DNA of 64,000 bases from Octopus sinensis (Eukaryota). Below the pieces are notes generated by a model. The model was given only the letters and a program-made list of their open reading frames with translations. It was not told where the DNA came from and searched no databases. Each line of letters begins with the position of its first letter. Position 1 is the first letter of the stretch. The stretch lies in the NCBI RefSeq assembly GCF_006345805.1, contig NC_043007.1, positions 2,976,001 to 3,040,000 of the forward strand. The letters run 5' to 3'. The position numbers and the translations under genes were made by a program. Positions 51,612-64,000 of this stretch are shown here, in pieces.

Positions 51612-52169
51612 CGTTTACCTCTATAGAAACACATAGATATGAATACACATAGAGGTCGTTATGTTTCTTTCTAATTAATCAAACCGCAGAACCATAAGAT
51701 TTGGCTGAAGGCCAACTATTTATTCATGCATATGCGAAATTATCAATGTATATGTTTTTTGTCAAATAATATATAATTAAATTACCGTATTTTCATGGTT
51801 TTTTTTTTTTTTTACTTTCTATGTAAAATAATACGATATGGTTCTTGTCCATAAATTTTTAAAATTATAGTTATCTGCAATTTATCTAGAAAAAAATCCA
51901 ATTATAACAATATATATTTCGTTTGTAATGTATATAATTATATATTTGACTACCATTCAAAACTACAAATTAACTGCACTATGAAGATGTTTTACTAGTA
52001 GCCTAATACCCGTCCAAATTTATGTCAAAATTGCAATAGCGAGAGCATCTATAATTATAAAGTAATGATGAGACAACTTTATGTGTCTATGGTACTAACA
52101 GTGCATTATATTAAATTTAGAACTATATCTAACCGTTGTTTACATTATACTACAATCTATCGATTCGGA

Positions 52170-53880
52170 TAAGTAGCCCTTACCCAGACCACGCTTTCTT
52201 TTCTAGCATTCTTCTTAACCATATCGATTTTTGGGTCTTTTGCTCATAACTTGATGCCTAGAGGGAGTTGATCAATGTACGTTACTCTGGATCGTACGAC
52301 ATGCGTATTCTTATGGTTCGGAACCCACGGAAAAAACCTACTCACTCATTCATTTTTGCTTCAGTAGCCCTGACCTGCATATCGTGCTGTCCGATCCGGA
52401 ATGACAGGAAATACATTGAGGATTTTTCCATAAAGCTCGTCTTCTTTTGTTAGATCTTGTTTCCTTGATTAGCTGTGTACAGCACCAAAAATACATGTCT
52501 TGGTACCATCATGCTTCTGCACCATTTTCCTTCAGATTTCATGCTGATGAACCACAATGAAGAACTGGTTCTACTATAACTCTGAAAAATTCTTAGTCAT
52601 CCGGTGAGGCTTCCAAACCATTCTGAATTATTCCTGTGTATTTCATCCTTGTGCTACGCGGATTGATACGCTTTTCTCAGTGGATGACATATCAGTTCCG
52701 AGATTCTGTTTTCAGTGGTGTGATGTTCTGTAAGTTGACCTGACTGTTCCTTTTAAAATATATGTATTCACTCTTCCCAGCATTCGCAAAAAGACCTTTC
52801 CTTTAAAGCTTCCTCTGCCAGCTACTGTACGCCGTAGTTTTTTAACGTTTGTTACCTTCTCTTCAAATAGCAGAAAGTCGTCTGCTTTATCAGCCACAGG
52901 GATTTTCTCGTCTGGATACATTTTGCTTCTAGTTTTCAGTAGAATAAAACCAATGTTACTGTGTAGATCAATAGACGTACATAAACCATTGTCCAGTATT
53001 AGAAACAAGAGTAGCGCTAATGTATCGTCTTGTAGTACTCCCGCCTGAACATCAAAAGTCTCTATAACCAGCGAGGTATCGCACCTTTGGTTTTGTATTC
53101 TTATAGAGAAATAGGAAGATCATTTTGAGAATCTGCTGGAGAGAGTTGGTGTTGTCAACGCTCTCCTAGTTCGGACAATTATCGAAGATGAACTTTGTAT
53201 CAAGACAAACCCGTTCGGGGAAGATGCGTTGAGAGCTGTAATGAAGATATTGAAGAATGGAAAGTAGCCGGTCAGGACAAAGTGCCCTGAAGACTGGAAG
53301 ACGACAAGCTTTAACTATACGCTCCAGTAATCCTCCAACGATGTTTACAACTAAAGCGTAGTCAGTTCTTGACAGAAAGATGCACGTCCTTGTTTCCTAA
53401 CACTTACGGTTATTGCTGCTTCGATTATACAGCGCGATGTTGCGTAATCGAATTCAACATGAGATTGAGAAAGTTCTTCACCCGAACCAGAACGGATTTA
53501 GAAAGAATAGATCGACACTTAACAGATATTGACTGTGTGAGAAGAAAGATGGAAGAAGAGAGAACATGGAAACTAGAGGCAGTGATGATTTTTGTGGAGC
53601 TCTCGAAGACCTTTGATTCAATGCACCGTACAAAGATAAGCGAAATGATTAGGTCTTACGGAACATCGCTAGGAGAGCGTTGACAACACCACAATATACG
53701 TGGAAACAGAATTCCAGTCGGTGTGATAATGCCATCGCGGTATTGCTTGGCATCACAGTATTGCAGGCAATAATGCGTAAAGAAAATTGCACTCTTCCTT
53801 TTAGGCATAATAGTAATTCCACTTCAATTTTCTACTCTGGATATAGCTTGATATTAGAAATTTATGAACGAAACACGTTC
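52170..53880 (-). mobile_element. Degenerate RTE-clade (RTEX-like) LINE with an internal inversion
   Basis: Minus strand LYKNTKPKVR..FDVQAGVLQDDTLA...ADKADDFLL (53135-52850). The preceding RT segment LRNRIQHEIEKVLHPNQNGFRKNRST...IFVELSKTFDSMHR..SYG lies on the plus strand at 53170-53668. Confidence 0.75.
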
Positions 53881-53896
53881 ACATGAGCGTGTATAT

Positions 53897-53937
<41 letters not shown>

Positions 53938-55019
53938 GTGTGTGTGTGTGTGTGTGTATGTGTGTGTGTGTGTGTGTGTGTTGTTTATGCGTGGGTGTGT
54001 GTATGTTGTGTGTATGGGTATATATATATTTGTATAAATGTGTGTGTGTGTGCGTGTGTTTGTGTGTGTGTGTGTGTTTGTGTATGTGCACGTGTTTGTG
54101 CGTGCGTGTGTATGAGCGTATGTGAATGCGTGTGAGCGTATGTGTATGTGTGTGCGCGCGTGTGTGGGTGTGTGATTGTTGTGTGTATGAGTATAAGTAT
54201 GTATATATATGTGTGTGTGTATGTGTGTGTGTGTGTGTGTTTGCTTAAATCAGTTTTTCTAAACTCTTCAGACACCCCTCACTGTCATCACCATCATCGT
54301 ATACTTCGTCTTCATCGTCTACCCGTCGTCATCCTCGCCGCCCTTCCTCCATCTCCTCTTCTCCATCACCTCGTGCTTTCTCTACCACCTGCTCTCCTCC
54401 TCCTCCTCCTCCTCCTCCTCCTCCCACTCTGCCGACTCTCCTGCTCTGGCTGCGTTTGAAGAATCCACTTCTAAGACACTTTACCTACAGCTGGAACCAA
54501 CGCGTGACACGACATCTCTGTTTTGTATCTTCCAAGAACCCACCAGATTCCTTGCAAATACAAGAAACCAATATATTCCGATGGAACAACAAATGATCTC
54601 ACTTTGACCTATGCAACTCAAGGATTCTGTTATTAGGAAATGGTTTACAAGTCCGTGTTAATATTCTTACTGGCATAATCAAATTTTAGATTCGATTCCT
54701 ACTGAGCTTTATGGGAAAAGCTGCATCAAGAGCAATCGCGCCGCAATATTACGTCGATAAATAACATTGTGCATACGGACATATCTTTGTTGTTGCTGTT
54801 CTTATTATTATTATTATTATTATTATTTTCTTATTATTATTACTATTATTTTCTTCTTCTTCTTCTTATTATTATTATTGCTATTATTATTATAATAATT
54901 ATTATTATTATTTTTATTATAGTTGTTGTTGTTGTTGTTGATGTTGTTGGTGACGTTGTTCTTGTCGTCGTCGTCGTTGTAGTGTTTTTGTTCTTGTTGT
55001 TTTGCTAGTGCTAGTAGTG

Positions 55020-55064
<45 letters not shown>

Positions 55065-55271
55065 AGGTAGCAGTAGTAGTAGTATTATTGTGTTTATATT
55101 TATTTTTGTTCTTGATATCAGCATTAAAATCATCATCATCACCCTGCATCATTATCATAATCATCAACATTATTTCCGTCACCGTCGGCATCATCATCAT
55201 CATCGTCATCACAATCGTGGTTCTCGTCCTCGTCATCATTTCTCGTATCATCATTGCTAATTGATTTCAAC

Positions 55272-55322
<51 letters not shown>

Positions 55323-55610
55323 GTTTGCAATGTCAGAAAGGCTGAAATATTGAATCCCCCCCCCACTTCTGCTAATGTATGAAATATTCAGTTCCCATGC
55401 AGTGCTCTTGGAGAAGTTATTTAATTCTCTCCGTCATGCAACCAGCTTCATGCCCGACATTTTCTCCATCTATCCTCCTCTGAATTTCAGAAATTAATTT
55501 AAATCCAAGCACTATATGTGTGTGTGTGGTGTGTACGCGCGCGCATGTATGTATGTATGCATATATATACATATATATGTATTTATACTATATATACACA
55601 CACACGTATA

Positions 55611-55682
<72 letters not shown>

Positions 55683-55782
55683 CGTGTGTGTGTGTATTAT
55701 ATGTAAATACATATATGTGTATATATATATGCATACTGCATGCATATATATACACATATATGTATTTATACATATATATATT

Positions 55783-55827
<45 letters not shown>

Positions 55828-55855
55828 AGTATGCGTCTGTCTGTATGTAATTATA

Positions 55856-55910
<55 letters not shown>

Positions 55911-56033
55911 GTATATATACAAGTATGCGTGTGTCTATATGTAAATATATATATATAAATACATATATTGTGTGCATATGTATCTGTGTCTGTATGTATT
56001 TATGAAGGGATACTTATATGTATTTATTATTGT

Positions 56034-56067
<34 letters not shown>

Positions 56068-56706
56068 TGTGGTCATTTATAGATTAGAATTAGCAATTTC
56101 AGATTCACACTCAATTAGAAACGTGCATAAACCGTTTAAGGTTATATGATTTATATCTGACGCGACCATAAAATCTATGATATGGAAAATATTTCTGATG
56201 TACGATTCTGCAGGAATAACATGCAATTAAGCGTTTAAGCAGGGTCTAAACTACTGCATGGAGTGAAGCAAAAACCAAAAAATATTCAATTAAGCTGACA
56301 TCCGTCCTGTAGTGGAAAGAAAAGCCATTAACATGAATTATAATTTTTGTGAAGAGCAAGCTAAGTTATTTCGAAATTTAAAATGATTAAAGAATTCCTG
56401 GAATTAGGAGAAAGATCGAAGGGAAATAAGTCTGTCACGATTTCTATCGTGTATATTTTCAGGGAAACTTTTAGTCTCCGCCCCAACAACAAGACTGCTG
56501 GAAGTCTGGGATAACTTAGAGGATTTAGAGGAAGAAAATTACCAAATCACGTCTTTCGTTGATCAGACAGACGATAGCTGTGATACAGAAAGTGTTTTGG
56601 AGATAACCTTTCAATGGAAAAAACATATTGAAAACATAATGTCTAACATACTAATTGTAGGGATAGGAAAAATAAACTCTATTTTCAGTTACAACCATGA
56701 TGAATA

Positions 56707-56874
56707 GGCGCAGGAGTGGCTGTGTGGTAAGTAGCTTGTTTACCAACCATATGGTTCCGGGTTCAGTCCCACTGCGTGGCACCTTCGGCAAGTGTCTTCT
56801 ACTATAGCCTCGGGCCGACCAAAGCCTTGTGAGTGGATTTGGTAGACGGAAACTGAAAAGAAGCCCGTCGTATA

Positions 56875-56914
<40 letters not shown>

Positions 56915-57129
56915 TGTGTGTGTCTGTGTTTGTCCCCCTAGCATTGCTTGACGACCGATGCTGGTGTGTTTATGTCCCCGTTACTTAGCGGTTCGGCAAA
57001 AGAGACCGATAGAATAAGTACTGGGCTTACAAAAGAATAAGTCCTGGGGTCGAGTTGCACAATTAAAGGCGGTGCTCCAGCATGGCCGCAGTCAAATGAC
57101 GGAAACAAGTAAAAGAGTATAAAAGAGTA
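56707..57129 (+). mobile_element. SINE family A, full length
   Basis: Same sequence organisation as 16501-16903. Confidence 0.92.
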
Positions 57130-58394
57130 ATAGTATTTTTTTGCTATTTTCCTATATTATCATTTCGTTTTTCTTTCTTGTTTGCAAGATTCTTTATGTG
57201 AATTTGTGTGTTAAAGCAAAGTATGATGTGTCTGGGGAGGGTCATATTGTCATAATGCCTTATTATCTAACACACTCACCGGTTCGATTTCCACTCATTT
57301 ATTTTTTATATTTCTTCTCCGAAAGCAAGGAAAGTTTCGGAAGAAAAAACATAAACATAAGTTTTTTTCAGTCAACAGGTCGCGGTATCGAAGCGGCGAA
57401 AATATTTTGACAAATTAAATTTAAATGTTGAAGTGAATCTAACGGTTTTGTGTGTTTCTTAAATGGCTTATAAACACCTTCCACGCTGCGATTGTTTTCG
57501 TTCCAGCACACGATCTCAGATCAAGTCACTTGCTATGCAAGTACATCTCCGTAATATTTATTCTATATTTTTCTGTATTTTCATCCTACTATGGGTACAA
57601 GGCCTGAAACGTTTGCGGGTGTACTGGATGAGTTAGTTTACTACATCATCTCCGGAGCTCAAATTGGTAAAATTCTACCGACTCTGTAAAGAAAGAAAGG
57701 CAATGTCTAAGCTCGGAAGCATTTAAACTCAGAAAGTAAAACCAGAAGAAATATCGCTAAACATTCTCTCCGACGCGCTACCAATTCCCTCCACTCACCG
57801 CGTATCATTGCTGAAGTCTTCTATGCTTCCATTGTTATATTAAAGTCTGGTGATATAGAAATAAAACTATTCTTCACTGAGAGAGTAAAATTAAACTGTA
57901 ACTCATCTAAGTTCTTCATGCATTTAGCAGAGATCATAATCACGTCCACCTCCACTGATTATTCCAGGTCAATTTTTAATCAATTTTTACTTTAATTTCC
58001 TAGTTTATAATCCTATCAGGTGGTGCTATTAAGTTAGACATGGCCTGGACCAATCTTTGGTCGAAACATATCTAAGTTTATCATTATCGAAATATTATTG
58101 TTAACACGAATGACTTTTCGTTTCAACATTAGGTGTAAAATTCATTGATTAAACACTTTTCTAATCCGCTCCTTTAAATAATCTTCATTTTCCTACCATC
58201 TTTGACTAATTTAGTATCTGGACGTAGTTTGGTAGTATAGTATCTCGCTTCGCAACTACGTGATGCGGAGCAGAGCTGTACGGCACCATCGCTTCTCTCT
58301 TCTTCTACAGACCCGAACCGACCAATGCTTGTCAGTGAAATAAGAAACGGAAACTCTACGGAAGTCCGTTGTATATACGTATAGTATATATATA

Positions 58395-58488
<94 letters not shown>

Positions 58489-58534
58489 TATGGTATATAT
58501 ATATATATATATTATAAATATATGTATATATATA

Positions 58535-58582
<48 letters not shown>

Positions 58583-59047
58583 ACATATATATATACATAC
58601 ATACGTAGTTATGTATGTGCTTACGTATTTGTGTGTGTATGTGTGCTTGCGCATTAGCCTCTGTGTGTGTGCATGCGCATTTGTGTTTGTGTGTGTATAA
58701 GTATATACACATGTATTTGTGGGCGATTGCGCGAGCGAATATCTATGATTGTATTAGTCGCTTACCATATGGCAACTGGTGTTGTTTGGTTTACGTCCCT
58801 ACAGCTTAGCAATTTGGCAAATATTATTCATTAGAATAATACCGAATTAAAATAAGTATTGGGAAAGATTTGATTAAGTAAGGAAAATTCTAGTCAAACA
58901 AATCGTCTCTAGGACTTCTTCTCTTCAGTTTAGTATTTATTACATCAATCGCGTTTGCCGAACTGTTAAGTTACAGGAACAGAAACCAATGAACATCTGT
59001 TGTCGTAGTAGTGGTCAAGCGCGCGCACGCACACTCATATTCGTATT

Positions 59048-59300
59048 CTTTTACTTGTTTCAGTCATTTTGACTGCGGCCATGCTGGAGCACCGCCTTAA
59101 GTCGAGTAAATCGATCCCAGACATACTCTTTATAAGCCTAGTACTTATTCTATCGGTCTCTTTTGCCGAACCGCTAAGTTACGGAGACGTAAACACACCA
59201 GCATCGGTCGTCAAGCGATGTTGGGGGAGGCACACACAGAAACATATACACACATACATATATTCTTTTCTGTTTCCGTCTACCAAATCCACTCACAAGT
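59048..59300 (-). mobile_element. SINE family A, 5'-truncated
   Basis: Tail and 3' domain are present; it stops at GTCTACCAAATCCACTCACAAG. Confidence 0.88.
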
Positions 59301-60399
59301 CTAACCTCTTCTGATATAGAAAAACTGATTACAAATCAGATGTTCGCGGAAACAGACTCGGTTGTTTGTGGATGTTTACTAGGATTATGCGCAAAACACA
59401 CAAGTCTAGATTTAGCAATTTCACCGCCACTAGTGATCATTTAGCGGTTAGTACTTACATATACAAGTCTATGGATTTTAGCAATACATATTTATACGAG
59501 ATACATTCTCGAGAGGCAATATATTCACATTAAGAAACATATACTGATTGCTAATTTGAACTAAAAGTGTTTCCTTCGCAATTAAGGAATTTGCAAAAGA
59601 AAATCAAAAACACAAACAAAATAAAAATAAAAATTTTAAATTTTTCCTGAGAAGTTTATTCAAAGTTATTCAGTCAAGAAACAGAACCACATTCGGGGCA
59701 TATCTGCTGGTAGGAAAAGAATCAAACTTCACACATATAATTATCTCTGTCTCTCTCTTTCACTCTTTCTTTCTCTCTCATACACACGCACACACACGCA
59801 TATCCACCCCCACCCTCCACACACACGTACACACATTTATATGCAAAGTTATAATAGGGTGTAATCGATATAGAAGAGTCGCTTACTTCCTCATAAACAA
59901 CTAACGAAATTTGCACGGTTATACGTGATCTAAAATTACTCGTAAATTACCAGGAAATTTTAGAAAAACCGAATTGCATTACATTTTATGCCTAATAGTA
60001 AACTAAAGCTAGACATAGGAGCTATCAGCGTTTTCAAAAAAAATACATATTCTTCTCTAAAACAAAGGAACTAGGGTTTAAAGAATAAAGAAGCTATAAA
60101 ATAGCTACCAGTGAAAAAAATCCTGATAAAGAAAATAGCTTTGTATATAACAACTACAAGATTAACAATAACTGCAATATTGCCCATGACTACAAACACG
60201 ACTAAACCGTAAAGATCTTTGCTAGATTACTGCGCGGTTTTAGGTCCGGTCCCAGGGACTTCAGCAGAAGAGTGGTCTGATACCACACACGTACACATTC
60301 ATGAACACACGTACCCACATACACACACACTCACACACACACATATCCTTTCTACTAAAGGCACAAGGCGTGTAATTTGGCACGGTAACATTATTTTCA

Positions 60400-60610
60400 T
60401 ACTCTTTTACTCTTTTACTTGTTTCAGTCATTTGACTGCGGCTATGCTGGAGCACCGCCTTTAGTCGAGCAAATCGACCCCTGGACTTATTCTTTGTAAG
60501 ACCAGTACTTATTCTATAGGTCTCTTTTGCCGAACCGCTAAGTGACGGTGACGTAAACACACCAGCATCGGTTGTCAAGCAATGCTAGGGGGACAAACAC
60601 AGACACACAA

Positions 60611-60643
<33 letters not shown>

Positions 60644-60815
60644 CACATATATACGACAGGCTTCTTTCAGTTTCCGTCTACCAAATCCACTCACAAGGCA
60701 TTGGTCGGCCCGGGGCTATAGCAGAACACACTTGCCCAAGATGCCACGCAGTGGGACTGAACCCGGAACCATGTGGTTGGTTAGCAAGCTACTTACCACA
60801 CAGCCACTCCTGCGC
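60400..60815 (-). mobile_element. SINE family A, full length
   Basis: Reverse complement of the family A sequence. Confidence 0.92.
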
Positions 60816-62226
60816 TTTCGTCTCTAAACTCTCTTTATACTCTATCCAGTGCTCACCAACACATGCATGAATCCCACATCCAAGTCTAACTCTCCCCAAC
60901 ACATGTCTTGTTACATGTACATTTATCTGTGACAACATTTTGGGGGAATTATTGTGTATTCACATCGAGCCAGCTATCACTTTTTAATTCAAATCCATTC
61001 ACTCAGCAAAGAAAAAAAAACCGAAAACGCTTTAAAAATGTTTAAACAACTTAATGTTCCAGTATGAAGCAGAGAGTCAAAAGTTTCAGAATTCAGCGCC
61101 ACAACTCACAGTTGTTTTCCTGGTTTAACTTCACATAGTAACAAACACAGTACTATACTAACAATGAACTAAGAAATGTTTAGTTGTGATATAGTAATCT
61201 GACACCCTATCGACTTGACCATCTGCATCTTTCACTACCCATGAAATAATGATATGTCACTATCTCCAGCAGACCTATGGACGGCATCGGTTTGATCTGT
61301 GTTACTCTTCATAAATATAAATGGATTTCGCTTTTAATATATAAATGGAACAAGATATTCTTATTAAATGACTTGTAGAATTATTGAAATAGAATACTAT
61401 CCACGTTAATAATTAAAGCCTAATCGGCAGATGGTTACTGTGTTGAAAGAATAAATATATTAATGCAAGATCATGTGTCATAAGAAGCCATAATTTCCGT
61501 AGAAACAGCTTTTTGGTAACTCTGTAAAACGATAATTCACAACTTGTCTGCCATTTTAATCAGTTCTATAAGTTCGTCACCTTTAAATCAGGAGAGGTAA
61601 ACTGAATGATAACTATTATACAAGACAGAGATTGATTATGAATATTTAAGCTCATATATGTTTCTTTCGTATTGGTTTCAATACACAATCTCTTGTTAAT
61701 AGAGAACTAAGATTGAAGTAGACAGACAGCGACTGAAAGAGACTGAGATTAAAAATATTTTAAAATGTCAGCCACGACTCTGTTTAGTTACAAAATACTT
61801 TAAACTGTAATTTTAATTCAATAAAAGTATAGAAATATAGTATCACAATTAAGTAACGTGTTTTCGTTTTGGAAAAGCCATAGATTTTGTATAATTTCAA
61901 TGACATTTGACAGGGTCAAAGTAATTTACTATAAGGTACGACGATCAGTATAAAATTTCGAAACCAACGATCCACGGTATAACCTGAATATTTTGAACCA
62001 TAAATAAGGTGAGCATTGATTATTGACTTCGTGTAAAGAATACCGATTAATACTGAAAAAGCATTACTGTTCAGAAATATTTATATTTAAATGTACATAT
62101 ACAATCACTTAAATACACGTTCATTTATGAATGTGATTCTACTCATACACATGATAAAATGTTAAAAATATTCCATTCAAGTCAGAGTATGCTGAAAATA
62201 AGAAAATGATATTTCCTTTCTATATA

Positions 62227-62422
62227 CTCTTTACTCTTTTACTTGTTTCAGTCATTTGACTGCGGCCATGCTGGAGCACCGCCTTTAATCGAGCAACTCG
62301 ACCCCGGGACTTATTCTTTTTGCAAGCCCAGTACTTATTCTATCGGTCTATTTTGCCGAACCGCTAAGTAACGGGGACATAAACACACCAGCATTGGTTG
62401 TCAAGCAATGCTAGGGGGACAA

Positions 62423-62481
<59 letters not shown>

Positions 62482-62646
62482 TACGACGGGCTTCTTTCAG
62501 TTTCCGTCTACCAAATCCACTCACAAGGCTTTGGTTGGCCCGAGGCTATAGTAGAAGACACTTGCCCAAAATGCCACTCAGTGGGACTGAACCCGGAACC
62601 ATGTGGTTGGTAAACAAGCTACTTACCACACAGCCACTCATGCGCC
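62227..62646 (-). mobile_element. SINE family A, full length, possible 7-bp TSD
   Basis: Reverse complement of family A; CTATATA at 62220-62226 and 62646-62652. Confidence 0.92.
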
Positions 62647-63326
62647 TATATAGTAGTGAATTACATACAAAATATGCGATTAAAGTGAAATTATTTCAAG
62701 ATACAGTACTAAGATTTAAAAACAGATTATCACAATAAACTTACCTCAAAATATATTATTGCACACTGTGAAGTGTCATTATTATAAACAAAGTACAGTG
62801 CTAATTTGAAATCATTTCAAGAATACGAATTCCAAAATATATGATTATAGTAAAATTATTTCAAAATAGACAAGAATGCATTAAAAACCGATTATCACAA
62901 TAAGAATACGAATTCTAAAATAATTTCAAACAAAAATTTTGAAAATCTTCACCGTCCATAATTAGAAGAACATACATAATTTGAAAACCGGTTTCGCTTC
63001 TGGTAGATGGTTGTTCATTTCAGTGTGCGAGTGTAATGGCTAGTTGCAAACCTTCGTGTAATATATACTGCGTCTATCGGGCGTAGTTACGTAACAGATA
63101 TATTATGTAGCAAGGGAGGTAATGTTGTGTATATTATTTAATCCAAATTCAGCAGGGTTGGTTTTTTTATTTGTTTTTAAGTATTCAAAAATATACGGCA
63201 AAACACATAAACATAAGAAAATGAACTTCAATTAGGTGTCAGTATTTAGTTAATGATTTAGAAATTGATATTTTATCTCAAAAGTTTATTTATTGATCTT
63301 TATCGTATTTTGATAAAGTGGAATCA

Positions 63327-63375
<49 letters not shown>

Positions 63376-63609
63376 CAGACAGACAGACAGACACACACAC
63401 ACACACACCACACACACACACACACGAATACACAGACATATATGTCTGTCAGCTGTGGCATAACTTAGTCACTCGGCAAAATCATTATATTGGTCCAAAT
63501 TACGCGCGAATTAGATATATTAGTTTAATAATCATTTATTAATTAATAATTGATCACCACATTATTTTAAACGAGTAAAATTAAAATATATCTTCGTGTC
63601 TTCTGTGCG

Positions 63610-63760
63610 GATTAAGGCTGCGAGCTAGTAGAAAAGTTAGCATACCGGATACAATGCTAAGGGACATTTCATCCGTCATTACCATTTGAATTTGTATTTC
63701 GCAGAGGTTGACTTTGACGTTCACCCTTACAGGATCGATAAAATAAGTTCCAATGACTGG
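63610..63760 (+). mobile_element. Degenerate family D SINE
   Basis: AAGGCTGCGAGCTAGTAGAA...GCAGAGGTTGACTTTGACGTTCACCCTT...CGATAAAATAAG. Confidence 0.6.
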
Positions 63761-64000
63761 CCTTTTGCTAAATTTTGAAATATTTTCTCTGTAAATTAAT
63801 TTGTTTTGTGCGGTATTTACGAATGATATATACGCGCATGTGTGTAGAGATCCCGCAGAAAGAATTTTGAGCTATATGTAATGTTATTTCATATGTAATT
63901 TCATCTAATACAATCTATACATTCACAGGAAAAGGGGTTATGGCTAATGTCTTTGTGAAATGAAATATACAAAATTAATTGAAACTCGTCTACAAACTTA

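Noticed and set aside
50480-51634. 384-aa ORF as a real protein
   Set aside because: The N-terminal half is (TATC)n read-through fused by chance to a truncated Tx1 RT, and its C-terminal ~40 residues are out of frame.

Overview
This is AT-rich, extremely microsatellite-dense eukaryotic DNA with no host protein-coding gene or true tRNA/rRNA gene that I can support. Most ORFs in the track are translations of simple repeats. The repeat families suggest a coleoid cephalopod, probably Octopus (inference). The window is a mosaic of (1) at least four tRNA-headed SINE families (my labels A-D), several with target-site duplications (TSDs); (2) 5'-truncated LINE relics of R4/Dong, Tx1, CR1 and RTE type; (3) two mariner-type DNA transposon relics; and (4) many short pyrimidine-rich tails carrying type I hammerhead ribozyme (HHR) motifs, as expected for Penelope-like element (PLE) termini. 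I folded these motifs by eye. The most interesting signals are: a tRNA-head + (AAT)n + hammerhead-tail element with an inverted copy of its own tail (34390-34778), possibly a PLE-mobilised, ribozyme-bearing SINE; a ~630-bp inverted repeat with a complete HHR in each arm (5583-6210); a perfect 101-bp-arm palindrome (27418-27626); R4/Dong relics stacked head-to-tail in (TAA)n arrays; a Tx1 LINE inserted in a (GATA)n array with a 14-bp TSD; and an RTE relic with an internal inversion bounded by a 23-bp inverted duplication. No database search or RNA folding program was run.
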